A stretch of DNA of 64,000 nt, from positions 66,404,001 through 66,468,000 of the forward strand of contig NC_058368.1 in the NCBI RefSeq assembly GCF_018350175.1, written 5' to 3'. Position numbers and translations under genes: made by a program. The stretch is from Felis catus (lineage: Eukaryota). The stretch's first letter is position 1, and each line of letters begins with the position of its first letter. The notes beneath the pieces are model-generated. The model ran no database searches and was not told where the DNA came from. It saw only the letters and a program-made list of their open reading frames with translations. This document shows positions 40,273 to 52,495 of the stretch, in pieces.

Positions 40273-40876
40273 ATCACATCCATTTTAGAGAAAAGGTATT
40301 CTTCTAGCCTCCTCTCTAGCATCTGAGATTATACAGACTTTTTAAAAAATCTTTTGATCTGGCCCACAACTGCACCTCTCTAAAGCAACTTTCCCTCCAC
40401 ACGTGTGGCATTCTGATGTCAATACATGAGACCACTTGAGGGCAGAGGGGCCCTGCCTAGAGCTTTTGACAAGTTTGGCTGGGCCCACAGCCCTGAGGGT
40501 GGAGAAAAATCAATATCTTGGCCAGCCTATAACTCTGCTCTGACATAAGAGAGACTGAAGTGAGCTATCATAAGGAATATGCGAATGCATTCTTCTAGAG
40601 TCTTGCTGGCCTGCAGATTCCAAAGATGCCCTGCAGGTCTTTGAATAAGATGGGGAATCCCTCTCCGACCTCAGCCAGCATCCCCAGCAGGCACAGCTAC
40701 ATAATTTACCAGATCCCCTGCACAATGAAAAAGTGTGATGGCCTGTCCAGGAAAAAGGTATAGTGCGAGGTGCTAAAATATAAACTGTTTTCCTTTCTTC
40801 CATGCTCTCTCTCCCAACTTGGCATGGTATTTTTTAATTTGCTATTTAATACTGCACTTAAAAAATTAAGCTATAT

Positions 40877-41078
40877 GGGGCGCCTGGGTGGCTCAGTCGG
40901 TTAAGCGTCCGACTTCGGCTCAGGTCATGATCTCGTGATTCATGAGTTCAAGCCCCGCGTCGGGCTCTGTACTGACAGCTCAGAGCCTGGAGCCTGTTTC
41001 AGATTCTGTGTCTCCCTCTCTCTGACCCTCCCCCGTTCATGCTCTGTCTCTCTCTGTCTCAAAAATAAATAAACGTTA
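40877..41078 (+). mobile_element. Young SINEC_Fc-type SINE
   Basis: CpG-rich body with TSD aaaaaattaagctata. Confidence 0.94.
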
Positions 41079-41669
41079 AAAAAATTAAGCTATAACATGA
41101 ATTTTATTGCTCATCTTTATACTGTGCATTGAGAGTTTCAAATGGGAATATAAGCGCTTTGAACTCTTATGCAGAAACCATTGAAATTACACAATCTGTA
41201 TTTCCTAGCTTATGCATTTGGGTTTTGTTCTTACCAGAACAGGGAAAACACTAACACTAACTGAATTGTTTTCATTTCACTTCTCACACATCCTACCAAC
41301 ACTCTGTACCTTCAGCTTACTGACAAGTAAGGAAGGCCGGGAAGGAAAAGGAGCGGTGGGTTGCTCGGGTTTTCTTTTTCTTTCTGTGTCATATTGTCAG
41401 AGGGAGTGGTTGACTAATAGAGAAAAGCTATGATGAGGTTCCCTGGCCATTTGTGTTACTTAGAACACCATCCACCCCTTTCTGCATTCAATGAGAGTTC
41501 TCATTCAAATGAAAGTGTGGCCCTTAGGCTCATCCGTGTTCCTACTCACCTGTCACAGGTGCAACATGCTTGCTGGTACCCACCTTGTGTCCTGCCGAAC
41601 TCCCTCCCACACCATGGGTCCACGGGAGGTTTGTGTTCATGGGGCATCCCCAGTGCTATATGCAAAAGC

Positions 41670-41898
41670 AGTGGTGGCTCATTCGGTTAAGTGTTTGGAT
41701 CTTGATTTCGGCTCAGGTCATGATCTCACAGTTCATGAGTTCAAGCCCTGTGTTGGGCTCTGTGCACTGACAGTGTGGAGCCTGCTTAGGATTCTTTCTC
41801 TCCCTCTCTCTCTTCCCCTCCCCCACTCAAGTGCACATGCACATATGCTCTTTCTCTCTCTCTCAGAATAAATAAATAAACTTTAAAAAGAAAAAAAA
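41670..41898 (+). mobile_element. Can-SINE
   Basis: gtggctcattcggttaag head, CT tract and A-rich tail. Confidence 0.88.
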
Positions 41899-42489
41899 CC
41901 AGTAGCAAGGAACAGCAGGCACATATTATGTGTATCTTCTCCTCTCACATATATGTTGCACTGTCTCAACAGACGTTACATACAAAGTGCAGGTTCAAAG
42001 ATAAAACTACTAGGAATTTCAAGATGGTGACAACAGAGCAAGCACTATAGTGAGCATGGGGCCCTTCTGAGCACAGGACCCCATGCAACAGTACAGGTCA
42101 CAGACCCACGACTCACCCCTAGCACCCAGCCTGGTGTGAGCCATACACCTGGATCCCATGTGTGGCTTCTAGAGTAATATATGGAAAGCATGCACTACCC
42201 AGACAAGGAAGTCTTGAAAATAAGGACTCATTTCCTGGAGAATAATGAACCCTTGAAATAGTGAATGTGGTCGTTCATCTGGGGTGGGTGCTGATTATCA
42301 AATCAGGGGTCTTAACTTATAGTTCATTGGGCAAATTGCGAGCAGTTACTTTAAGAGGCTCTGAGATGATCTCCTCTATAAAAAAAAAGAAAAGAGAAAG
42401 AAAAAAACTGAAAGAAAATCTGAGGTCTGGGTCTGGGTGAGGAACCACCCAGATGAGTTCAGTTCTGGAAATACTTTAGAAAGAGATGA

Positions 42490-43790
42490 GCACACTCCTG
42501 GATGGGAAGAACGAATATTGTTAAAATGTCAACACTACCCAAAGCAATTGACACATTCAATGCAATCCCCATCAAAATAACACCAGCATTCTTCAGAGAG
42601 CTAAAACAAACAATCCTAAACTTTGTATGGAACCAGAGAATATACCAAATAGATAAAGCAATCCTGAAAAAGAAAACCAAAGCTAGAGGCATCACCATTC
42701 CAGACGTCAAGCTGTATTACAAAGCTGTAACCATCAAGACAATATGGAACTGGCACAAAAACAGACATTCAGATCAATGGAACAGAATAGAGAACCCAGA
42801 AATGGACCCGCAAACATATGGCCAACTATCTTTGACAAAGCAGGAAAGACTATCCAATGGAAAAAAGACAGTCTCTTCAGCAAGTGGTGCTGGGAAAACT
42901 GGACAGCGACATACAGAAGAATGAACCTGGACCACTTTCTTACACCATACACAAAAATAAACTCAAAATGGATGAAAGACCTAAACATAAGACAAGAAGT
43001 CATCAAAATCCTAGAGGAGAAAACAGGCAACAACCTTTTCGAACTCAGCCACAGCAACTTAAGTCTCTGGAGGCAAGGGAAATAAAAGCAAAAATGAATT
43101 ATTGGGACCTCATCAAGATAAAAAGCTTCTGCACAGCAAAGGAAACAATCAGCAAAACTAAAAGGCAACTAATGGAATGGGAGAAGATATTTACAAATGC
43201 CATATCAGACAAAGGGTTAGTATACAAAATTTATAAAGAACTTAACAAACTCAACACCCAAAAAACAAATCATCTAGTGAAGAAATGGGCAAAAGATATG
43301 AATAGACACTTTTCCAAAGAAGACATCCAGATAGCTCACAGACACATGAAAAAATGCTCAACATCACTCATTATTAGGAAATACAAATCAAAACCACAAT
43401 GAGATATAATCTCACACCTGTCAGAATGGCTAAAATTAACAACTCAGGCAACAACAGATGTTGGCAAGGATGCAGAGAAAGGGGAACACTTTTGCACTGC
43501 TGGTGGGAACACAAACTGGTGCAGCCACTCTGGAAAACAGTATGGAGGTTCCTCAAAAAGTTAAAAATAGAACTACCCTATGACTCAGTAATTGCACTAC
43601 TAAGTATTTATCCAAAGGATACAGGAGTGCTGTTTTAAAGGGGCACATGCACCCCGATGTTTATAGCAGCACTACCAACAATAGCCTAAGTATGGAGCCC
43701 AAATGTCCATTGATTAATGAATGGATAAAGAAGATGTGGTATATATATACACAATGGAATATTACTCGGTGATCAAAAAGAATGAAACCT
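42490..43790 (+). mobile_element. Felid L1 fragment (ORF2 C-terminal half, frameshifted)
   Basis: Overlapping ORFs 42502-43638 give L1 ORF2 peptides ([46 protein letters not shown]). Confidence 0.93.
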
Positions 43791-43813
43791 CTCTGCCCCT
43801 CCCCTGCTTGTGT

Positions 43814-43850
<37 letters not shown>

Positions 43851-44469
43851 AAATAAACATTTTAAAAAAAGGAATTTTGTTAGAAAGTCAATAAGCAGTA
43901 TTCACAAACTCTGGAAGGCTGTGGCCATCCTGGAAGAGTTGGGCTCGAGATCGGTGTTGACTTACAGAATCAGATATTCCAGCAGAAGCTAAATCTGTCT
44001 TCTTGTGTTAGGTTGGTTTTGTGTTCTCTGTTTCAAAGAAAAGGATGCCTGAAGGTCACCCAGGTGTCGTAGGGAAGGCAAGTCCTGAATGTGGGCCTCT
44101 GCAGGAGTGAATGTAGGGACCCATGAAAGGTACCAAGTTTAGCTTCTTTTGGGACAAGGTAGTGCCATTGTCCCAGGGAAGAAGTGAGATCACACATCTG
44201 GTGTTCTAAGGTTTGTAAAGGAAAAGCTGCCAGATCTTGAGGGGAACACTCTCCTTCCTCCTTAGGGAAAGAGACAGTGAGGGAGTTCAGAAACAAGGCT
44301 AGTCTGATGTCAAACCCCAGGTTCCCAGGGCAGGTGGTACCCTGGAAGATGCCTTCACAAGTCCCTGAAAGAGCTTCACGCAACTGCAGCATGGGCAGTG
44401 GAAACAGGACAGTATCCTTCAAAGGACAGCAGCGCACAGACTGTTTCAGTAAGGAGCAGGCAGGATGTG

Positions 44470-44785
44470 GTTGGAAGGTACAAGCCCCCAGTTAAAAGAT
44501 ACATAAGGGGTGGGGATGAAATGTACATGATCACTGTAATTAACACTGCCCTCTGGTTATGTTTGAAAGCTGCCAAGAGAGCAAATCCTAAAAGTTCTCA
44601 TTACAAGGGAAAAGACATTTTTTTTCCTTTTTTTAGACATCCACATCTATATAAGAGGATGGGTGTTAAGTAAACTTGTAATCATTTCACATTATGTGTA
44701 AGTCAAATCATCGTGCTGTACACTTTAAACTTATATGGTGCTGTATGTCAATAATGCCTCAATACACTGAAAGGAAAAAAAAAAC
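44470..44785 (+). mobile_element. L1 3' end (carnivore type)
   Basis: aaatcctaaaagttctcattacaagg...gctgtacactttaaacttata...tgtcaataatgcctcaata followed by an A tail. Confidence 0.75.
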
Positions 44786-45263
44786 TGTAGAGCCTGAAAA
44801 AAGAAAAACAAAGTCAAGTAGTTACAACAGAAACTGTCCTTCCCTGCAATGTCTAACATAACCATCTGGCTCCTGAGATAAAAGTTTGCAAACCCCTGCA
44901 TCAAAACAACAAATATACCTTTAATACCACAAAATTTAAAAAATATGTGCAAATCTCTGGCTTTTATATAATGGAAAGTAAACTAAAGAGTAAAGATAAC
45001 TAAATTCAATTATTATGTCGCATGATTAGTCTTGTGGTTGTGGCCACCAACATTTGGATGAGTAATAAGATAGAGACGTATTACATTTATAAGTTTTTTC
45101 ATAAATATTCCATTGATGTGTTTAATAAAATTAACTTTTATCACAATTTAAGTAAAATCAATATGTTTTATAATCTAGATTTCTTTATAATACTTTATGT
45201 TGATAGTAAAGATTGGAGGATTAAAAATACAATAGAACTGTAGTTAAAGTATTCAATATTTCT

Positions 45264-45480
45264 GGGGTTCCTGGGTGGCTCAGTCGATTAAGTGTCTGAC
45301 TTTGGCTCAGGTCATGATCTCACAGTTTGTGAGTTCAAGCCCCACGTCCCACTCTGTGCTGACAGCTCAGGGCCTGGAGCCTACCTCAGATCCTGTGTCT
45401 CCCTCTCTTTTTGCTCCTCCCCCACTCACACTCTGTCTCTTTCTCTCTCAAAAATAAAGATTAAAAAAAATTTTTTTTAA
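45264..45480 (+). mobile_element. Can-SINE
   Basis: TSD ttaaagtattcaatatttc. Confidence 0.92.
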
Positions 45481-46039
45481 AGTATTCAATATTTCAATAA
45501 GTTTTCATAAAACTTGCAAAGTCAGTGTGAATTGTAAATTCTTTTTCATATTTTGCTTCAAAAACTTTTTGTTCTAGAATATGCAAAATGTGCTTGATTT
45601 TTAAAATTAGACACGTGATTAATTTCAAATTTAAAACTATATAAAAGTCAAATGCGTGTTTACTTTTTAAAATTTAATAACACCTTTAAAAATATTTTTA
45701 TAACATTAAAAAAAAAGGTGGACCACGGTGGTCTGCTGAACTGTTTACAATCAGCTTTCAAACTCCTCCCATGGCATCATGGGAATCAATGGAACAGTTA
45801 ACAAATTGCCAGTGCTTTTTCCCTTGGGGATGAAGTCAGACTGAAGACTACATCCGCCCCACCAGGTCTGAGCAATACAGAAAGGAGAGAAACCCGAGAT
45901 GGAAATCCCAGATTTCTTACTAGTTTTTCGTGTATCATATACCTGGGGAAAAAAGAAACATGATCCTTTCTGGACCCCAAGGTTGCGCCCTCAGTCATGC
46001 CTACTGCTTTTGGAAAGAGACTTTTAAAAAGGTTTGTTT

Positions 46040-46535
46040 TACATTTTATTTATTTATTTTGAGAGAGAGAGAGAGAGAGAGCGTGCATGAGCAGGGGAGA
46101 GGCAGAGAGAGGGAGAGAGAGAATCCCAAGCAGGCTGTGCACTGAAAATGTGGAACCAATGCAGTGCTTGAACTCACCAACAGGGAGATCATGATCTGAG
46201 CTGAAATCAACAGTCAGAAGCTTGACGGATGGAGCCACCCGGCACCCCAGAAAAAGACTTTCTAATTAAGGTTAGGAATATAGCTTCTGTGTATTTTTTC
46301 AAATGTCTATTTATTTATTTTGAGAGAGAGGGAGAGAGAGTGCATATGGGGGAGGAGCAGAGAAAGGGAGAATCCCAAGCAGGCCCCACACTGTTAGCAC
46401 AGAGCCTGGGGGGGGGGGGGAGGGGGAGGGCGGGTTCTATTTCACAAACCATGACTCCACCCACAAAATGTGAGATCATGACCTGAGCTGAAATCAAGAG
46501 TTAGACGCTTGACTGACTGAGCCACCTAGGCGCCC
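46040..46535 (-). mobile_element. Two tandem Can-SINEs (about 46040-46248 and 46295-46535)
   Basis: Two reverse SINE bodies, each ending in gagccacc...gcaccc or gcgccc. Confidence 0.88.
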
Positions 46536-47177
46536 TTAATTTTTATTATTAATTGAATTGTTAACAGTGATGAGTGATAAAAGGGCCAAATTATATTTCC
46601 TTTGTTTAAGTTTTGTTCAGTAAGTATATCATTTGGACAGGGGGAGGGGTGGAAATGAAGTTCATTTTGCTTAGATTTAAGAGTTTAAGTACATAGATAT
46701 GTACTTATTCTGATATGTTTAATAGCCTAATGAAATAGAATACTCCAGGGTTAGGAGTGCAGATTAAAATTAGCCTTGGCCGAATACCATTTACCTGACA
46801 GCCACCAAATCTAATTCTAAGGATGGTAAATATCCAAAGACCTTGAAGTTGAAAGCCCAGCAGTAAATACATATTCCCAAGGAGTGAAACAATATTGTAA
46901 ATTTCTAAGTACACCTCACCATTTCCACATAATGTTTGAGCATGTATTTTCAGGATTTTTAATATTTTTCATACGCTTTTCTTTTGCAGCCAAACCCACG
47001 GTTAACCAGCTTACATCCTGCTGGGTTTAAATCGATCCCCACTCGATTTGCCTCTTTGACCCAGATGTATTACATTTGTGAAGTTTATCACTAGTGTTAT
47101 TTTCTTGTTTGTTTCATTTTCCACTCACTTTTCTAAGATATTAAGGAGTGAACATAGAATTAAATATTCAGGTAGGT

Positions 47178-47630
47178 GAGGTGCCTGGGTGACTCAGTGG
47201 GTTGTCTGACTTCAGTTAGGGTCATGATCTCACAGTTTGTGGGTTCGAGCCCCACGCCAGGCTCTGTGCTGACAGTGCAGAGCCTGCTTATATCTTCTGT
47301 CTCCCTCCCTCTCTGTCCCTCCCCTACTCATGTTCTCTCTCTCTCTCTCTCTCTCAAAAATAAATAAATACTGGGGCACCTAGGTGGCTCAGTTGGTTGA
47401 GGTCTTTGAGGACTTCAGCTCAGGTCATGATCTCCCAGCTCGAAGGCTGGTGGGCTTGAGCCCCACCTCGGGCTCTGTGCTGACAGCTCAGAGCCTGGAG
47501 CCTGCTTCGGATTCTGTGTCTCCCTCTCTCTCTGCCCCTCCCTCACTGGCACTCTGTCTCTCTCTCCCTCAAAAATAAATAAACATTGAAAAACTAAGTT
47601 AAAAAAATAAAAATAAATAAATAAATAAAT
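47178..47630 (+). mobile_element. Two head-to-tail Can-SINEs (about 47178-47370 and 47373-47630)
   Basis: The second head ggggcacctaggtggctcag directly follows the first tail. Confidence 0.9.
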
Positions 47631-48789
47631 AATGTTAACAAAAACAATATTCAAATAAGTACGCAAATAGTGCAAGGAGAAAACCCTAACAGCTCTGTGG
47701 AGACTGAGCTGGCTCCTGGCAGGTGGCCCCTATGCGGTGTAGTGCACAATTTTCATTGGTTCGATGATACATGCAAATCCCATGTGCGGTTTGTAAGGCA
47801 GTCTAAGGGCATCAATGCATCATTTTCAGAAGAATATGTCCTACAGCAGTCAAGTATGTGAAAGACAACAGACGCAATATGGAAGGACCAAAAAAGACCT
47901 CTGGAAAGTTAAAATTATAAAGTGAAACACTTTACAGAGAGGCATGTGGTTAGGCAGGGGGAAATCTCTTCATTTCTCTAGACTGTTCTGGAAGCGAGTA
48001 AATACCTCCCGCTCCAGACTGAGAGTGGTGGGGAGTTAGTCGGCCCTTCCCCTCCCGACTCTACAGTCCCCTTCTGTTTCTTTCCTGGCTCAAAGCCAAG
48101 CCGAGGGAGCAAACTAAGGAAAAAGCAGGATCTGAGGCTCCCAGGTATACCTGTGGTGAATCCAACTTGAGCCTGACAGTAAAGTTCATGTCTTAGAAAG
48201 AGCAAGAAACACGGAACATTTGCTCTGGCTTCCCTAGCAAAAAAAAAAAAAAAAAGAAAGAAAGAAATTGGTAATGAAGCAGAAGCACCGTGTCAATTGC
48301 TTAAAGTTCACTCACATTTAACATTTCACACACCATTTGCATTCCTGTTCTCTCTCCACCAAGTGAAAAAGGCAGCGGTGCCCTTTGGGGCTTAGCGGCC
48401 TGGTTCCTTCCCTCCCTCCCGGATGTGCCTCTCTCGCTCTGTCACTGTCTCCCTTCCCCCTTTTCCTGGCTCAGCGTTGAGAGGACTCCACGTCAGTGGA
48501 AACCGTCTGTGGCTCAGGGACACCCCGCCCCAGACGAAGCACCAAGAAATCACCCAGGCCCTTCCCGCCTGAAAAAGACACCATCCAACACCAGGGCCCT
48601 GGTTAGCTTTGCAGATGCCTTTGCGAACTCGGCAGAGCCTGCTTCTGAGTTTTGGAGCTGTGATCGCCGGTCTCGATCAAGGAGTCTCACCCACAGCGCT
48701 GGTGTCACATGCCAGGCGTTCCATAGAGACCTGACACATAACTTCGACACTCACTGAGCGGCTTCTCTGTTGCAGGCTGTTGTCGGCCG

Positions 48790-49195
48790 CATTATGCCCC
48801 TGCCCCCAATTTCTGTGGTTGAAATCCCAACCCCCCCCCCCAAACTCAGAATGTAACCATATGTGGAGATGGGGCCTTAAAGCAGTGATTAAGTTACCAA
48901 TGAGGCAACTGGGGCGAGGGGACCCTAATCCAATCTGACTGGTGTCCTTAAAAGAGGAGGGAAGTTGGACACATGGCGAGATACCAGGGACGCGTGCCCT
49001 TGGAGGTGAGCCCATGTGAAGAGGAAGCAAGAGGGGAGTTATCTGCCGGCCATGGAGAGAGGCCTCAGGGGAAAGCAACTCTACCGGCACCTTGATCTTG
49101 TGCTTCCAGCCTCCAGAGCCCTGAGAAAACGTCTCTTGTGTAAACCACCCAGTCTGTTATACAGGCAGTGTTCTGAAGAACACACATATACACAC
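48790..49195 (+). mobile_element. MaLR LTR (MLT1-type)
   Basis: ggaccctaatccaatctgactggtgtccttaaaagagg...gcaccttgatcttgtgcttccagcctccaga. Confidence 0.8.
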
Positions 49196-49249
49196 TCAAC
49201 TCAGTCCTGCAACAACCTGTGTATGTTTGGAGGCGGAGGAACATTGTTA

Positions 49250-49468
49250 TTTTTTAATTGTTAACATTTATTTATTTTTGAGAGACAGAGAGAAACAGAG
49301 TGCCAGCAGGGGAGGGGCAGAGAGAGAGGGAGACACAGAATAGGAAACAGGCTCCGGGCTCCGAGCTGTCAGCACAGAGCCCCACGCAGGGCTCGAGCTC
49401 ACCAACCCTGAGATCATGACCTGAGCTGAAGTTTGATGCTTAACCGACTGAGCCACCCAGGTGCCCCT
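49250..49468 (-). mobile_element. Can-SINE
   Basis: TSD ggaggaacatt(g/a)tta. Confidence 0.92.
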
Positions 49469-50174
49469 GGAGGAACATTATTAATATCCTTTTTGCAGAC
49501 AAGGAAACTAAAGCCCAGAACAGTTTAAAAAAAGAAGTTAAAAATAAAGATTAGGTGGTAAACAAGTGATTGAGCTGGAATTTCAATGCCTATACTCTGG
49601 CTCCAGAGACCACATACTGAATGAACCACTATCCCGGATGTCCCTCTGCCTTCAGAGGGCCCTTCCTTGTGCAGCACTGTTTTTCTTGCAATGTTTAAGG
49701 AACAAAGAAAATTTTCTTAATAAAGGAATGGATAATTGTGTCTGAAAATAAACAAGTAAACCAGCTCCTCTGTTTTCTCACTTTATTTTAAAATTCCCCA
49801 CAGATGAATTTATCTTCATATTGAAAGAGAAACCCCAGCTCAGATGGGCCTAAATTTAAAAGAAAAAAAAAAGTGCCCCCTCACCTTCAAACTTTCCCTC
49901 AAGGAGACAGAATGGCTGTTGGGATTCCAGACTTCGTGTTTTCACACCATGCCACTCAAAGGTGACACCTTGTCTTTCCGCTTTCCTTCCCAGAAACCTC
50001 AGCAAAGATTCCTTTCCAACGTTGCAACTTTCAGTTTTATACTCATGACTGAGACACTGCAGCCAGGGGTATGGAATAGAGTAACTGATTTAAGACCATA
50101 AGGTTCCCACCCAAAACACAAGAGCTGAGGGTCTGAGGATCGAGATGGGAGAGACTCCTAACACCGTGTTAAAT

Positions 50175-50405
50175 AAGTTTCCAGGGGCTAGGGGGAGGGG
50201 GAGAATGAGGAATTCTTTTTCAATGGGCACAGAGTGTCTGTGTGGGCTGACCAAAAAGTTCTGGAAATAGCCGGTGGAGACGGTGAACAACATTGTGGAT
50301 GCGCTTAATGCCACTGAACCACTTAAAAACGGTTATAATGGCAAACTGTATATTATACATATTTTGCCACACAAAACTAAAGTAATTCAAAAATAAAATT
50401 AAAAA
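50175..50405 (+). mobile_element. L1MB-like 3' end
   Basis: caatgggcacagagtgtctg...aaaagttctggaaatag...cttaatgccactgaac. Confidence 0.7.
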
Positions 50406-52285
50406 ACTTTCTTAACGCATTTCACTTCCACGCCCTCTGAAGCCAGTCGGTATTTCATCCCCAGCGTGCCCCTTTGCCTTTGAAATTAGCCCTCGGGAAG
50501 CCCCCCTCCCCACTGGGCCAGCGCCGGGCCCAATGGGCTAAAAGGAAACCTGCCAAATGTCAACACAGGAATTATGCTTGGATTGTATTGAACACCAGCC
50601 TGTGACAGGGCTCCGGAAATACCATGCTATTCATGAGAGCAGAGAACCCTTATCTTAGACTGCCAGAGATTTCACGCAGGGAAATAATTAAGGTCAAGTC
50701 ACTGACTGGTGGTTTGAATGGGAAAAAATAGTGGGCTTTTTAACAAATATTTTCCAGTGGCATTTTTAGTGTGGAGAGAAGGGAACAGTTCCAGCGGGGG
50801 CAGGTGACAGCTATAAGCGGGGAATGAGCTGAGGCATCTGTTTTGTCCTGTGACTATGTATAGTGAGGTACATACCCAGAAGTCTCAGCCAAACCTTCCA
50901 GAGAGCAGGGATCTTGCCTCCCGACAGCTACAACAAAGGTGAGCAGATTGCTCTGTGATAAAAGCCACGCGCCAGTGCATCCTGTCTCCAGCAAGTGGAG
51001 GAAAGGTCCGAGGTAGCCATCTAGCTGCAAGGTGAGTTCACAGTAATCTGATGTTCTGTTGGCTGTTGCTCGAAAACAATGAATTGACATCCATTACGCC
51101 CTGTGTCAACTTCAGAATGATTTTATCATGCCTGCTCTTGTGCAGCTGAGCTGCAAAATGTGGACTGTGACATACTGAAGTAGAAAAGAAACAAATTTGC
51201 ATGTTCCTGGGCTGGAAGAGCCCTTTGATTGTGGGAGACTCCCGATGATGCCGTCAAGCTCTGGCAGACAGGGCACTGGGGACGCACCAGATCTCTTCGC
51301 CCGGTGGCTGACAGCAAAAGATTTAGAGTCAGCACAAGATCAAAGAGTTGGGACTATCTCAAGTAAACGTGCTAAAAACACAAAGAAGCCGGCATCTTGA
51401 TGAGAGGACATTGAGAGGAGAGAAATGCACAGAGTGAAGGAAAACGACCTTGAGTTTATAATATGTTACAAGCCTCGGAATTGTAAAATGCCCAAAACGA
51501 AAAGAAAATGTGTAGCTCAAATGAGAGTTTCGGAGACGTAGAGGTTGGAAGTTGTATGCTTGTCAGGGCAGAAGAAGAGACAGGGGCACAAGAGAGTACT
51601 GTAGGATTATGACTGAGATTACATGTCTGTCTGTGTTCAAGGCTGGTCACTTGTTGCATAAATAGGTCTGTGACTTAAAGCTTCAACACATACGCGTTTT
51701 AGCTCAGTGTGCCTCTTTGCTGCCAAGTGCAAGACTTTTGAAATACAGATACTCTTTTAAGAAGAGAAGAATGGATCACTGTCAACAGTCAAGTCAAAGC
51801 TTGCTATTTAAAGAAGCAAATAAAAGTATTGGAAACGAAGCTTTCAGTGGAAACGTTAATAATAAATTTGCTGCTTTGAGAATTAGGTTTCCAGCAACAT
51901 GTGTCATATAATAACGTATTTATCAATGGGGCACATATTAATGATTCCCTTCAAGAGAAGCCTTCATCCTGTGGCAGCTTTCTAAGTGTATCAAATCTGA
52001 CTCCGCAGTTTTGTTTTGTTTTGTTTTTTGCCTTTTTCCTACTCCCCATAAAAACAGCTACCATCACTGTGTCTGGAATCCCCATTCGAGAGAACCACCG
52101 AAGATGGAGAAAACGGGTAGATTCAGCTGAAAAATTTTGGACCCCCACTTTTCTCATGTAAACAAAACCCAGAATAAGGTGGGGTGGGGGGAAGCCTTGC
52201 CCTGTATTTCTCCCTTTAATCTTTACCTGGGTATACATACTGGAAGGGGAAGCCTTACAAAACTAGATAGAAAGCTTGGTTTCTT

Positions 52286-52495
52286 GGGGCGCCTGGATGG
52301 CTCAGTCAGTTAAGCGTCCGACTTCGGCTCAGGTCACGATCTCACGGTTCGTGGGTTCAAGCCCCGCATGGGTCTCTGTGCTGACAGCTCAGAGCCTGGA
52401 GCCTGTTTCAGATTCTGTGTCTCCCTCTCTCTCTCTGCCCCTCCCCTGCTCACGCTCTGTCTCTCAAAAATAAGTAAGCACTGAAAAAAAATTAA
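52286..52495 (+). mobile_element. Can-SINE (SINEC_Fc-type)
   Basis: TSD agaaagcttggtttctt. Confidence 0.93.

Larger units (their letters stand above)
40688..42121 (-). mobile_element. hAT-Tip100 element (MER45B-like) carrying two SINE insertions
   Basis: Left end caggcacagctacataattt...tgcacaatgaaaa and right end gaatttcaagatggtgacaacagagc...gggcccttctgagcac...caggtcaca. About 1 kb once the SINEs are removed. Confidence 0.65.

Noticed and set aside
42459..43638. Several long ORFs (up to 181 aa)
   Set aside because: These are frameshifted fragments of L1 ORF2 and their antisense shadows, not a host gene.
50790..50806. CTCF-like ccagcgggggcag
   Set aside because: It lacks the core A and spacing of the consensus, so it is too weak to call.
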